A DNA stretch of 64,000 bases from Rebecca billardiae RCC1528 (GCA_965240325.2 OZ251237.1:1426001-1490000), one strand, 5' to 3'. Positions 1-12,130 are shown, counted from the stretch's first letter. Made by a program: numbers and translations. The notes: generated by a model not told the origin, from the letters alone.

Positions 1-2
1 AC

Positions 3-188
3 CGCTACATCCCAACCGCGGCAGCATTCGGCGGCATGTGCATTGGCGCGCTGACAGTCGTCGCCGACTTCATGGGAGCGATTGGCTCGGGCACGGGCAT
101 CTTGCTGGCGGTGACGACCATCTACCAGTACTTTGAGACTTTCGTGAAGGAGGGTGGCACGGACAGCGCGATGTCCGTCTTCTTCTAA
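3..188 (+). CDS. SEC61A: Protein transport protein Sec61 alpha subunit, C-terminal fragment (5' part outside window)
   Basis: Frame 3 reads [50 protein letters not shown]...SVFF*, the near-invariant TM9-TM10 of Sec61 alpha; stop TAA at 186-188. Confidence 0.97.
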   Translation, partial: RYIPTAAAFGGMCIGALTVVADFMGAIGSGTGILLAVTTIYQYFETFVKEGGTDSAMSVFF

Positions 189-639
189 GCACGGACCCGT
201 GCCACCGACGCGCAGCAAGATGCGCGACTTTCCGCCGCGTGCACAACTGGATAAAGGACACTAGTGGGCAGTGCTGCCGAAGGGCAGACCGCGTGTCCGA
301 CTCGGCTAGTCGCGGCGTCTCACCGTCTGCGATAGCGGATATGGTCGGTGATTGTCCGAGCTGTGACAGCGGCTGGTCACGTGGCGCTGGCATCGTCGGC
401 TGATGATGGCGGCCGACTACTGTCAGCCAGCCCTCGTCGTAGTCGTGTCATACTTTTCTGCACTGTAAATAATAAATATATATATATACTATTAATTAAT
501 ATTGGCTTCGGACCGCTACAAGTATATTTATAATTATATATATTAACGCGACGTGGTATGCAACGGGCAGGCGTCAGAGTCAGCAAGCTGTAGCGGCAGA
601 TCGAGCAGCAGAGACAAACACCAGGATGGCAGCGCTCCT

Positions 640-2370
640 CGCCGTCGTCCCCCCCCCCTCGTAGTCGCCCATCGACAGGTTGCACGGAAAAATGACCGCC
701 CGCGACTGACAGATGTTACATTCCCAGTGGACGCGACCTGTCCACCCGTCTTTCGGTACATGGCGCCGTCGCCGTGCGCCCGGAAGCGGCGCGCGCTCTC
801 GCGCGCTGCACGATGCCCGCTGTTGCGGGTGCAGCGCGCCACTCCGCGCCTCGATCGGCCTCTTCCTGCTTGAGTAGCATGTACCGAAAGTCAACCACCC
901 TTGAGCTCCAATCGCGACATCGCGCAGCCGCGCGGCACGTTCGCGCGGCATCTGAGTCACAGAGGGCAGCAGAGCAGGCCGTCTCAGCCTGGAAGAGTCC
1001 CAGGCCCGGTGTGAAGAGGCGTAGCAATGCAAGGTGGATACGTGCCGTGCACGTCGCAGTCTGGCCGCACACGACGTTCGCAGCCTACGACTCGCGCGTG
1101 CGTGCTTGCGCTCGGCCACGTCCATTCATCAGCCGTGCGTGTATTGGATGGAGCGCGCGCGCGACTGGTCTTGCACATCACGTTGCGCAGCAACAGTCGC
1201 GGGAAGAGACACGCGACACTCATAGTATGCGACAACCTTGCAATGTTCATCCAGCGCGTGTTGGTGAGGGTCGAAAAGCTGGCGGCGGCTACCTCTCAAC
1301 CGCTCGGTTGCACTTGATGGTGCGCATGCGCGCCGGCCGGAGCGCTGAAGTGTCAGAGTCGTGGCATGCTCGAGGCTCTTGGATGAGGAGACGGCCGCTA
1401 CGCAGTCTATCTATGTCGTCAGCATGAAGAACGGCATCCACGCACGACGCCTCGCGAACGCACACCTGCTTCCGCGCTGTGACACGCATCGACAAGAACC
1501 GCTCAGCAGGCTGACGAGGCACCACGCCTCACTCACGCCCAAGAACAGCAGGGCGAGTGCTAAGAAGCGGGCGAAGGAAGCTGTCGCTCGCTGCGGCAAG
1601 GACGCTCTCACTGTATAAATGCCGTTGAGCCCTACATAGCCTTCTTTGTCTCGCGTGAGCTCAGCATCAAGGGTGAGGCGTGAGGTGTTGCGCAGACGGT
1701 CGCACAGGCTCACGTAGACAGCTCGATGGTGATGATCGAGAGCTTCTATCAAGTGTTCAGATGCAGAGCGCGTGCGTACACCGAGCAGGAGCTGACGACC
1801 TACATGGTATCTATGCCACGCGTGGATCTCCCCGCCGGCCCACAAGTCGCTGACGACTTATTGTCGAACTCGACGAATGCTCGCGCGCGGCATTGCGGGC
1901 GAAGGCTGCACTCGGGCGACGAGCTCGGTCCGATCATGATGGTTTGCCATACTGCGCGTGGTGACGGGCGTTGGGCTCGAGACGGATGGCGCGGGCGGTG
2001 TGACGCAGATAGAGCTGGGCGTGTGCGCTCGCTCCGAGACGCGTCGAAGGGAGGACTGTCTCCAGCTGCCTGATGATCCTGGACGAGAGGGTGATGCTGC
2101 TGTGGCTGTTTGCCGTCTCACGCGACGTGTGATGGGATGATGACAGTCACTGCCGACGGCGAGGGGGTCCCGGCTGTGCTAGCTCAAGGGATGTAGCGCA
2201 CGCGGACAAGTCCTGACGACACGCGCATTCAGCTAGTCATGATGCGGGGCTGCATCGACACGCGAGGCGCGCGCCACCCACGAGCGGCGAGTGGGCGGGC
2301 GCCATCCTTCAGAGGCGCCGTCTCTCAGAAATGTAACACCAAGGACAGTTTCCTGTGCAACCTGTCCATC
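640..2370 (+). mobile_element. Possible degenerate MULE/Mutator-like transposon relic
   Basis: Broken + strand frames give LMVRMRAG, LLDEETAAT, IDKNRSA, INAVEPY and GPIMMVCHTA, in the order expected for a MULE DDE domain then SWIM finger. Partial inverted repeat (aatgtaaca ... gtgcaacctgtc) at ~670-722 vs ~2330-2366. Many stops and frameshifts; weak similarity. Confidence 0.3.
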
Positions 2371-2979
2371 ACTCCATCGCCGAGCGGAAGCTCGACGCAC
2401 CGTCTGGCGTCGACGCGCGCGCGCCACCGCGGTGGTCGCGGTGCCACGCGTCGTCAGCCGTCGTCTCGAAGCAGTCGTCGTACGCAGTGCCCCCGCGGGC
2501 GCGCGCCCCCGGGCGCACGTGCGCCATGATATTAAATAATAATTATTATTATTACGAGTCTTCATTCAATTATTAGTTTAATAGGGGGTGCCGGACGTCG
2601 CCACCGCCGACCGCTGCCACGACCCGAGACGCGCTTACTCACGGCGCTGCCGAGACCTGGGAGTGCCGGCTCCGGCTCGTCGGAGGCCCGCCCGAAAGTC
2701 ATCGGACGGCAGCGGAATCCGGGGCGCGCGCGTCTGTCTGATCAGCCTCAGCCTGCCGCGGGACAGCCGCGCCCGACGGACAGGCGTGTCACCGTCTCAC
2801 CGACCCCACGTCTCCCTGCGGCCTCGACGGTCACGCGCAGCGAGGCCGGAAAGGCAGCGACCACCGCGCAACCGCCTGCGCGCCTCCGCGTGGTCCAGGC
2901 GTCGATGGCGATTGAACGCCAGCACAGGCGACCGAGACAGCCGGCGTGCAGCCAGCATGCAGCTCCTTTCTCGCCGCTG

Positions 2980-3181
2980 TCATTCGTCATCTGCGTCGTT
3001 CTGTGCGTCATCGTCCCCATCATCTGCAAGCCGGTACAACGCCGTGTCGCCGTCATCGTCGCCATCCTCGACATCGGGCTCGCCATCAGCTTCGCCATCG
3101 TCAGCCTCGCCGTCATCGGCCGCAGCGTCGTCGAGGTCCTCGGCTCCTTCCTCCTCCTCCTCCTCCTCAGCGCCCTCCTCC

Positions 3182-3234
<53 letters not shown>

Positions 3235-4559
3235 TTCCTCGTCATCATCGTCCTCGTCATCATCGTCCTCATCCTCCTCGTCGTCCTCATCCTCATCCTC
3301 ATCCTCGTCCTCCGCATCGAGCGCGTCGTCCGCGTCAGCGTCCACCTCGTCGCCGTCCGCCTCATCGTCGTCCACCTCGTCCTCGTCCTCGTCGTCCTCG
3401 TCGTCGTCGTCGTCCTCGTCCTCCTCCTCGTCGTCGTCGTCGTCAGCGGCGTCCGCGGCGTCGTCTCCATCGTCCTCCTCCTCGTCATCATCGTCGTCCT
3501 CCGCGGCCGCGGCCTCCTGCGCGCCGAGCTTCGCGCGCAGGTCGTCGACAGTCGACTGCAGCTCGGTCAGCAGCCGCTGCTGCTCGTCGACGCGCGTCGT
3601 GAGCTGCTTGTTCTCCTGCTCGCGCATCTGCACGTGCATCACGAGCGAGCTGAGGTGCGGGCCGAGGTTGGAGAGGATGTGCCCGCCGAGCTGCTCACGC
3701 ACCATCTTGCCCTTGCACCCGGCGAAGCAGTACACCTTCGACTTCGGGCAGATGTGCTCCGCGTGGTGCGGCAGCTCGCGGCGCCGCACCGACTGCGTGC
3801 ATTGCTCGCACTTGGCGCGGCCGTTCGGGCACAGCTTCTTGTGCTTCGAGAGATCGCGGCGCGGGAACATCTGGCCGCAGCCGAGCGTGCACTTGCAGAT
3901 AAAGTACAGGCACTCGGACAGGTGGTGCTTCTTCAGGTCCATCCGCCGGTGCTGCCCGCACTTGTCGTGGCCGTACTCGCACTGCACGAGTGCGTACCCG
4001 CACGTCAGCTCGTGGTCCTGCAGGTTGCCGCGTGTGCCCTTCCACTTGCACCCGTCGAAGGTGCAGGTCGTGTCCATGTCCGCGACGATGCGCCGGATCG
4101 GGACCGACGCGCGCAGGTCCGACGTGCGGATCGCCTCGCGGCAGACGGCGCACTTGCGGTCGCCGTTGGCGATCTGGATCGCGATGCAGTTCTGCGCGCG
4201 CGCGGGCGGTGCGCGCGCGCGCGCGTACGCGCGCGGGGCATGGGGAGTGCCGCGGTGCGCGAGAGCGCGCGAGCGCCGAGAAGCGATGTCAAAATGCGCG
4301 TCGCACCCGGAGAGAACGCTTCGCGGTCGGTCGTGACGCGGGGAGGGCGCACCTCGCAGTAGACGTGAGCGCATGGCGTCTCCACGGCCTCGTTCAGGAT
4401 CTCACGGCAGATGGGGCAGGTAAGGTGGTCGGCGGCGAGGGCGACCTCATCACGCCGCGGCTGCTTGTCGCCTACCTCGGGGGACTTGGCGGCCTCGAGC
4501 GCTTCCTGTTTGCGCTTCCGATCCGCGTGACGCATCTCGCGCGTTTGCGTCCCCGTCAT
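2980..4559 (-). CDS. RING finger + TRAF-type zinc finger protein with coiled coil and long D/E acidic tail
   Basis: Exons 4559-4353 and 4191-2980 (GT-AG intron 4352-4192) join CPIC...PCAHVYCE|NCI...CAVC (C3HC4 RING). Followed by repeated Cx3-4C..H..C TRAF-type fingers, a coiled coil and >130 mostly D/E residues. Confidence 0.88.
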
Positions 4560-5563
4560 GAGCAGCCCGCCTGGGTGGCACAGCCGAGGTCCTGCGTGAG
4601 AGAGCCGTGAGGAGCTGCCGCAGCGAAAAATCAGCAGCAGCCGGTCGTTTGAACAACTGCCACTTGATGAAACATGACCCGGACTCACCGAAGGCTGAAT
4701 AGGAGATTGGTGAAAGCCAGCTATTGGCAGTGCGCATCTTCGTTTACAAGAAACGCTTACCCACGTACCCCGTTCTGACCAGGCCTCCCTGTCCTTGATC
4801 AGGCCCGATGCGGACGGGCGAACGCATGCGATCCTTCGCATCCGGCCGGGGAAAAAAACCGCGCAACTCGGCAACTTATGCCAACCGTCGCTCCGCTTTC
4901 CAAAGGCCGGACGTAGACGGCCAGATGTGCAGCAGCTCCGCGAGTCGTGAGGTGGAGTGCGTGCGGTCCGGCACCACAAGCGCTGCCTCCTTGGGGCAGA
5001 TGCAGGATGGGCTGTGGTGCCACGCGTGCCTCGTCCACCTCGTCGTGAGTGGCATGCCTCGCGACGATGACAATCTCCCATCACCGAGCTTACAATACTG
5101 CCACGCGGTGCGCACCACATCAAACTCAACTGCGCACCGGGCATCGTGCGAAGCGCGCCAGGCGAGCCCGCATCTCTTTTCGCATCCGTAGGGGTTGCTG
5201 AGAGACTCCCTTTCCGGCTGCGCAGCGGCCGCCAGCTTGCCATTGGCGCGTGAGACTTGGTGCGTGAGACGCCCGTCGTCCCGCCCCATCTCGGGTCACA
5301 TGGCAGGGTCAACGTGGACGGCTGGGCGCTGCGCTAGCTAACGGACGCGCGCTTCACGCATTGCCGCCGATGTGGACTCACCGATATGGCGGCCAAGTAC
5401 AGCCTGCTGTGTGGCGCACCCCGAACGGCAGGTTCTCTTCTGAGAGTGCGCAGATTTCCTCGTCTTTGCTGCAGCTGAGGAGTGAGGTGCGCGTCGACCT
5501 CATCCGTGGGCCCTGGAATCCGGGCTGGAATTGATATCGAGCGAGGATGAGCACTACATGGGC

Positions 5564-6286
5564 TCAACCGAAGCCAGAGCCGCGTATCAACAGGACTGCT
5601 ATTATAATATAAGAATCGTCAGTACTATTATAAATCGACCATATGCGTGCCATATGCCGGCGCGCCGCCGATTATTAAATATCTATAATTTCGCTTATGC
5701 CGCCGGCCACCCGGCGACGCGGACGCGAAGCAATCTGCCACTGCTAGTAATAGTAGTATCACGCAGTGTCGTGAACATTACAGACACTCCCAGAGCCCGC
5801 TGTCAGTGTCACACTGTTCAGTGTTCTGGTAGATTCCTGCGGCGCAAGTGGACTGCCAACTCGCGCGGCATTCCGCTGTCGACGTCATAATAGTCGCGTA
5901 GTAGTCCTTCTAAAGACGACGCGACTTCGTCTTTAGAAGGACTACTACGCGACTATTTATGACGTCGACAGCGGAATGCCGCGCGAGTTGGCAGTCCACT
6001 TGCGCCGCAGGAATCTACCAGAACACTGAACAGTGTGACACTGACAGCGGGCTCTGGGAGTGTCTGTAATGTTCACGACACTGCGTGATACTACTATTAT
6101 TACTAGCAGTGGCAGATTGCTTCGCGTCCGCGTCGCCGGGTGGCCGGCGGCATAAGCGAAATTATAGATATTTAATAATCGGCGGCGCGCCGGCATATGG
6201 CACGCATATGGTCGATTTATAATAGTACTGACGATTCTTATATTATAATAGCAGTCCTGTTGATACGCGGCTCTGGCTTCGGTTGA
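5564..6286. repeat. Near-perfect long palindrome (arms ~356/360 bp, 7-nt loop)
   Basis: 5564-5919 is the reverse complement of 5927-6286 apart from a 3-nt and a 1-nt indel; loop CGCGACT at 5920-5926. Mirrored ORFs 5531+ and 5957- confirm it. Confidence 0.97.
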
Positions 6287-6396
6287 CCCGCCTGCCAGAG
6301 ACGGGCACTGTGAGCTCCTTCATGAAGTCACTCGTGAAAACTGCACAGGAGGACCTCAATGGATCGGCCTATAGATGATGACTTCAGAGCGATATT

Positions 6397-6613
6397 GGGC
6401 CAACAAGCACTTCCTCTATAGTTAAGACTCTATTTTACTATGTATTTACCCATTTCAGACTCTGGTCAGAATACGGTCCGGGAGCGATCCGGATGCACCC
6501 GTAGCTATTGGAAATATGTCACCGGACTGGGTAAATAGCTATGAAAACAGAGTCGATCCGTGAAGTAGTCACAAACTGAGTTTCACACTATACCCTGGGC
6601 ACTTATTGGCCAT
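6397..6613. repeat. Small AT-rich imperfect inverted-repeat element (MITE-like)
   Basis: gactctattttactatgtatttaccca (6426-6452) pairs imperfectly with tgggtaaatagctatgaaaacagagtc (6528-6554); weaker outer pairing near 6397-6421 / 6588-6613. Confidence 0.5.
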
Positions 6614-7412
6614 CCATATAGCAACCCTACTTGGGGCCCTGATGTGGCCGTGGGACACTTCACCGAGTTATTCACGTCGGGCGTTCATTCTGCGTGCGGC
6701 CGCAGCAGGAATGATGCGAAGATCATTTTCGGTACGCGCGCCCGGTTTCCATGACCGGACTGGCAGGGGTCCGAACCGGATGAGCCAGGGCCACGCAGCA
6801 GATGCTAAAGGCCGGATTAGTAACGCGGACTAGCCTTAGAAGCCGTGACGGCCCACTCACTCCGTGAGTGAGTCCGACCGCGGGTCCACTCCGGCAAGAG
6901 TCAAGTGCCGTGTCTGCGGCTCCGAGTCCGACTCAGCACTCCGATGGCAGTGACTGTGACTCAGTGACAGTGCCAGTGCCCGAGTAGCTGAGAGTACAGT
7001 GACTCAGTCCCGCGGTGCTGCAGATCAGTCTGAGTCTGGCAGCACAAAAGTCAGTCACCCGTCCGTCGGAGCGAGCCACCGCTTGACAGTTTAATGGCGG
7101 GCCGTTATAAGATTTCGTTATACTTATAGTGGCCACCGCGCCGGGCGCCCACCCGCCGCACCGCCGCCGGCGCCGCACTCCGCGAGCCTTTCCGGCGTGA
7201 CGATGATGTGATGGTGCCAGCGAGCCGAATAACATATCAGTTCGAGGCTGCGCGGTGCGACGGTGTTGCATCGTGAACGTCCGGCGCTCAGACTCCCTCC
7301 CTTCATCAGCCACCCTTCAGCCGCATTCACACGCCACGCGAAGGCCTGATTGCTACAGCCGCCCGGGGCGGCCCCGTGCGTCTCGACGTGTTGCGGAGTG
7401 CGCCGACGGGCT

Positions 7413-7558
7413 GGGAGGAAGGGTAAGGGAGAGGAGGAGAGGAGGGAAGAGAGGAGGAGAGGAAGGAGGAGAGGAGGGAGGAGGGAGGAGGGAGGAGAGG
7501 AGGGAGGAGGGGAGAGGGAGGAGAGGAGGGATGGGGGAGGAGAGAGGGGGAGGAGGGG
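7413..7558 (+). repeat. Polypurine (G/A) low-complexity tract
   Basis: Almost pure G/A run (gaggagaggagggaagagagg...) just past the CMC2 stop. Confidence 0.9.
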
Positions 7559-7588
7559 TTCGAAAGGGTGGCCGGACCGCGCAGACAC

Positions 7589-7852
7589 TTAATCGCGCTG
7601 CGCGCCACGCGGTGCATCCACCCCGTACTCTTTGCACACCTCCTCCCAGCGTGCGCGCTTCTCTCTCGCAGCCTGCACACTCTTGTGCACTTTCTGCTTC
7701 TTGTCCTCGCGCAGGCAGCGATCGAGCGCCGTCTTGTAATTGTTACAGGCCCCCGTGAAGCGGTTGAAAGGAGAAGCCTCGTGGCACTTGAAAAGTGCCA
7801 CCATATGCGGGTCGCAAGGGTGGTCCTGGCCGATCACAATCTGCGGATGCAT
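7589..7852 (-). CDS. CMC2: COX assembly mitochondrial protein 2 (twin CX9C, Cmc1/Cmc2 family), 87 aa
   Basis: MHPQ...CDPHMVALFKCHEASPFNRFTGACNNYKTALDRCLRED: MHP start, two CX9C pairs and the F-x-G-x-C-N signature. Confidence 0.88.
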   Translation of the reverse strand: MHPQIVIGQDHPCDPHMVALFKCHEASPFNRFTGACNNYKTALDRCLREDKKQKVHKSVQAAREKRARWEEVCKEYGVDAPRGAQRD

Positions 7853-8185
7853 CCTGCCCTCCCAAAAGGTGGCTATCAGCCACGCGGTCACGCCCAAGCC
7901 GCCATGATGAATCCGCTCGAAGGGCGAAGGGCCGAAGGCGGGCTTTGGAGCCAAAGCGGTTCCGGTTTCCAAGCGGAGCTGCAGGGAGGGCCGAGGGAGC
8001 CAAGCCGGACTCTTGACCACCACTCCGGCAATGTTGTGGTGGGTGCCCAGTCAGGGCAAAGCGCCAAGCGCGCGCGCGCGCGTGCGCAAGCCCAAAGCCG
8101 CAAGGCACCCGCTCGGGCTGCAGCGCAGTGGCGGCCCGGACCAACCTGCATCGGCATGGTGCGGTGAAGGGTGAGGCTTTAGACG

Positions 8186-9741
8186 ATGGGGCAGTCGGGC
8201 TCGAGCGAGCAGGCGCGCTCGCCGTTCGACGGCGCCGATCCTGCGCCGACGGCCAGCGTGCCTCCGAGCACTGCCGCGCCTGAGCGCGTTACGCTCATTC
8301 CCACCGTGCTGCAATGGTCGCACGGTGGGCGGATGGTGTACGTGACGGGAACGTTCAACAACTGGGCGGAGCGCATACCGATGCGGCTGAGCAGAAACGA
8401 CTTCACCGTCTGTCTGAACCTGCCAGTGGGGACGTTTCAGTACAAATTTATCGTGGACAACGAATGGCGCTTCTCGCCGTCGCAGCCGTTGGTCCAGGAC
8501 GCGCAGGGCAACGTGAACAACTGCATCACAGTCCTCGACGAGGAGGTGTGGAGGCTGCGCCGCGCCGAGGGTGCGCGAGCGCGAAGGAGGGGCAGGGGGA
8601 GGGGTTGCGCGTGCAGGGGGCGAGTGGTCGGCATCGCAAGCGCGCGTGTGCCCGGTGGGAGCTGCCCAGGTGCACGCTGCTGCTCACACGCGGGCTCGAC
8701 GGACCGCCCCGCGGCGGGCGCTTGCCCACAGGATTTTATGCGCGAAAACATCGGGCCGGCGTCGGACCCGAACGACGGGCCGTTCAGCAACGACCCGACC
8801 CTCGCGCAATATGGGCAGAGCCTCGCCGATGACGCCATCCAGCTGGCGAAGGACCCGCCCCCGCTGCCCACTCAGCTCACGGTGCGCACCCGTCGCCCGG
8901 CGTGCGCGCGCGCCACGAGACATGCGGCGGGCGTGCAGCCCATGGCGCTGCGACCGCCCTGCGGCCGCCCATCGCGGCCGTTCTGCTCGCACGGCGCGGG
9001 CCGAGGTCCCGCGTCTCACCCAGCGCGGCCCTCCCTGCCGCGCCGCCCCTCCACGCAGCGTGTCGTTCTCAACTCGGAGGTGAGCACAGCGCCACCGACG
9101 ATGGTGGACGAGCTGCCACCGCCGCTGCCGTGCACGCTGCTGCACCTGTGCTGGCAGCAGCCCGCGCAACCCGAAGGGTCGGGCGTGGCTCAGGTGCGCG
9201 GCCGCGAGCAGCGGCGTGCGCCCCGCGCCATACCCTACCGGTGCGCTCGCTCACCGCCGCCTGTCGCCCGCACACCACCCTGCGCGTGTGCGCACCGCGT
9301 CGCTCCTGGCGTGCGCGCCGCGCCCCACAGGCGATTGTCGTGGCGTCATCACAGCGATACAGGGCCAAATATGTGTCGCTGGTGCTGTACAAGCCGCCCA
9401 GATTAAGAGGGGCTGGCACGCGGCTGGTGCCGAAGGAGGGTGCGCGCCGCCGCGCCACCCAACGCATGGCGCGTGCGCCCGGGACGTGCGCTGAGCGGCC
9501 CTGCCCACCCGCTGCGCGCTCGCGCCGCTCGCGATGCGCAGGCACTGCGAGCGTCGACACAATCAGCAGCACGCGCGCTGCCGATGCGCTCACTGCCGCA
9601 GCCGGCGACCGATCGCAGTCGTCCTCGATCGTTGCATCCGCGCTGAGCGCACCTCGACCGCCGTCGCTCATGCAAATAGACGACGACGGTGGCGCCAGCA
9701 GCGCGAGCGGCGGTGTACCTCTCAACCAGATGATCGAGTGA
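8186..9741 (+). CDS. PRKAB: AMP-activated protein kinase/SNF1 beta subunit
   Basis: MGQSGS myristoylation start; CBM48 (WSHGGRMVYVTGTFNNW...YKFIVDNEW); ASC region PPPLP...LHL...RYRAKYVSLVLYKP. Exons 8186-8545, 8732-8881, 9059-9193, 9331-9439, 9542-9741 with GT-AG introns. Confidence 0.93.
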
Positions 9742-10310
9742 GCCGTGAGGCCTCGGGCTGGCAGCCTGGCCCGGCTGGCGCCCGCGCCGAGTGTCAGTGA
9801 GCGCGCCGGCCAGCGTCAGTCCGAAGCCACAGCCGGCCGGCGGTGGGTGCCCCGTCGGACCACTCGCCTGCGGCCCAGGCACGGCGCTCACATCTAACGG
9901 ACACTGTATACTCTCTCATCACTACTCAGCTCACCGACCGGCTCAGAGTTGCCGTTGGCTGACTCGGAGACTCTGAGTCTAACTCTCCGGGAGACAGTCT
10001 CCGTCGGCGTCGAGTCCGGGTCCCGCGGAGAGTGTAGGCGCTGACTATCCGAGTATGACTATATGATTATTCCGAATCCGAGTCGTGTGACTGAGTCGGA
10101 TGACTTATATATCGCGTCATAATCATTATCAGGATCATCAGGCTGGTACCGCAATAACAATAATGATTACTGATCGGGCATGATGTCATCACTCAATGTC
10201 CGCGAGAATGTGGCGGCCGCCACCTGCGGGGCTGCGGGCGTCCTCTGTTCCTCCAGGTGCGAGCATGGAGAGCTGCGAACCGCCCAGGGAGAGTAAGTCA
10301 TCCCTAGACG

Positions 10311-10748
10311 TCATTGCTGCTGTCCTTGCGCACGCATCTGCTCCATGGCCATTTGCACAAGTGCTGGATCAGGTGGACGAGGCCCTGATTCGGGCGGTGC
10401 GTGGTTCACACGATCGCAAGCGAGGTAGATGCGATCTTCTGCGCTGATGTCGAGGTACCCGATCGGGCCGATGTCGCAGTCCGCGCAGATCAGATACTTC
10501 AGGCGGCCGTCCACAGTCTTCGTGAAGCCGACGTTGTCAAAGTCGAACTTGTCGCGCACGACCCAGAACGCCTGGAGGACCTCTTCCGAATCGCCGCCTG
10601 CAGCCGGCGCGCCCTGCTCGGACGGCAGGCGGGGAAGGGCGAATTCGTGCTCCACGAGCTCCGCCACTGACGTGCGCATCACCTTCGATGCGCAGAACTT
10701 GCAGTAGACGCCCTCCACGCCGGAAAGCGACGCCGCGTCAGCCGCCAT
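10311..10748 (-). CDS. RABIF: Mss4/RABIF Rab guanine nucleotide exchange factor
   Basis: CKFCASKV, FWVVRDKFDFDNVGFTK and KYLICADCDIGPIG match the Mss4 zinc-binding and FxFxNVGF motifs; ATG at 10748. Confidence 0.95.
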   Translation of the reverse strand: MAADAASLSGVEGVYCKFCASKVMRTSVAELVEHEFALPRLPSEQGAPAAGGDSEEVLQAFWVVRDKFDFDNVGFTKTVDGRLKYLICADCDIGPIGYLDISAEDRIYLACDRVNHAPPESGPRPPDPALVQMAMEQMRAQGQQQ

Positions 10749-10980
10749 GATGACGATACTGTGACGATGTGTGCTGGTTGAGTGGTTGGCGTCTTCTGCT
10801 ACTCTTCTGTCCGCGGACACCACCGCGAAGGCTGTCCGGTTTCCGCAAGCTCGAGTCAAGGGCGGTGCTCGAGTGCTCGACGAACGCGGCCGCGCGGAAA
10901 CCATCCTGATTTCCGACAGCTCGTCTTGGCCGGCGCGCACGACGAGACGGGCTGACGGTGGCTCGCGCCCTCTGTCGGTC

Positions 10981-11199
10981 ATGAACGTGGACGCGACTTC
11001 AGGAGCGCCGGGGTTCCACCCGCCGCAGAAGCCCGCGGGGCAGCAGGTGGCCGCAGAAGCGCAGCTGCGAAAGACGCGGCAGAGTGAATTGGCGATTGAC
11101 CTCGAGGACAGGCAGTCAAAGAAGGGCACGCCGCCACGACCATCTGAGGCCGGGGGAGTGCGTCGCTTGAGAGCTGGGAGGGACAACCCGAACGACTGA
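10981..11199 (+). CDS. Hypothetical small protein (72 aa), divergent from RABIF
   Basis: ATG-initiated ORF with coding-like codon use, 232 bp head-to-head with RABIF; no recognisable motif. Confidence 0.25.
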   Translation: MNVDATSGAPGFHPPQKPAGQQVAAEAQLRKTRQSELAIDLEDRQSKKGTPPRPSEAGGVRRLRAGRDNPND

Positions 11200-12130
11200 T
11201 CGCCTCGAACGCCGCCGCCGCTGCGCAGGCACCCTCTCTGTGCTCATCCCTGCCAGGGGCTCGTTTCTGCCGACGCAACTTCATCGAGCAGCGATCATCA
11301 CTCGCCTCCTCGCGCTCAAAAATCACGCACAACCCTGGCCATGTACGCGCCCGTGCCATCGTCATGCCTGACTTGTCCGGAGCTACTCAGATCAGTGGCC
11401 GAAGCAGTCACCACGGCGGGGCTCCTGCCGCGGAGTTCGTGAGCGGGACCGCCGTCCGCGGCGGCGCCGCCGCCGGACCGGGCCACAAAGTTCTTAGGTG
11501 CACGCTGCGCGGCGATCAGGGCCGGGCAGTCGCCTCACCGTTTTTAGAGCTCCGACAGTTCAAGGAGCAACGCGACTATGCCTGCGAGGCAGGCGCGTGG
11601 CACTCGGGCTGCGCGGCCGGACGGGCCCGCCGTCTCCGCCGCGGGCGGGCGGCTCACTCACTCGTACTCGGTGAGTCTCAGTCAGAGTCAGTCTCGCCGA
11701 CTCGGGCGGGCGCCCGCGGCGGCTAGTCACGGCGCCGGCGGGCTCGGCGAGTGATGACTGATTCACTCACTGATGACGGTCCGAGTGAGTCCGCGTCCTC
11801 AGTCTCAGACAGAGACTGGCTCAGTGACGGTGACAGTGGCCGAGTTGACGGTGCGGCTCCGGAGTCCGGGTCGGCGGCCGCGGGCTCGGCCCCGGGCCCG
11901 CTCACGAGTCGGCGCACCGTCGGCCGGCGGCTGGCGCCGGGGCGGGCCGGCGGGGCCGGGGGGGCGGGGGGCACCGGGCAGCTTAACTATAATTAAACTA
12001 TTGGGCAACTACTACTATTGCACTGATCACTGTCGGTCAGATGTCTATTGGCGGTTAATAATTATTATATTAATAACACGAGCTAAATGGCGGAAATGCC
12101 GCCGTGCCGAGCCGAGCACCTGCAATTAAA

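Noticed and set aside
1411-1845. - strand RLTLDAELTRDKEGYVGLNG resembling a hAT catalytic motif
   Set aside because: Lacks the conserved W and has no other hAT motifs; opposite-strand MULE-like hints are more numerous.
2588-4362. Long + strand ORFs (582 aa poly-Ser; 490 aa poly-Val/Leu)
   Set aside because: Antisense shadows of the GAC/GAG acidic tract of the RING-TRAF gene.
4560-5312. Upstream extension of the 435-aa ORF as part of the RING protein
   Set aside because: No ATG start or recognisable domain; the Met at 4559 gives a sensible protein.
5531-6196. Twin ORFs MPARRRLLNIYNF on both strands
   Set aside because: By-product of the palindrome, with no coding features.
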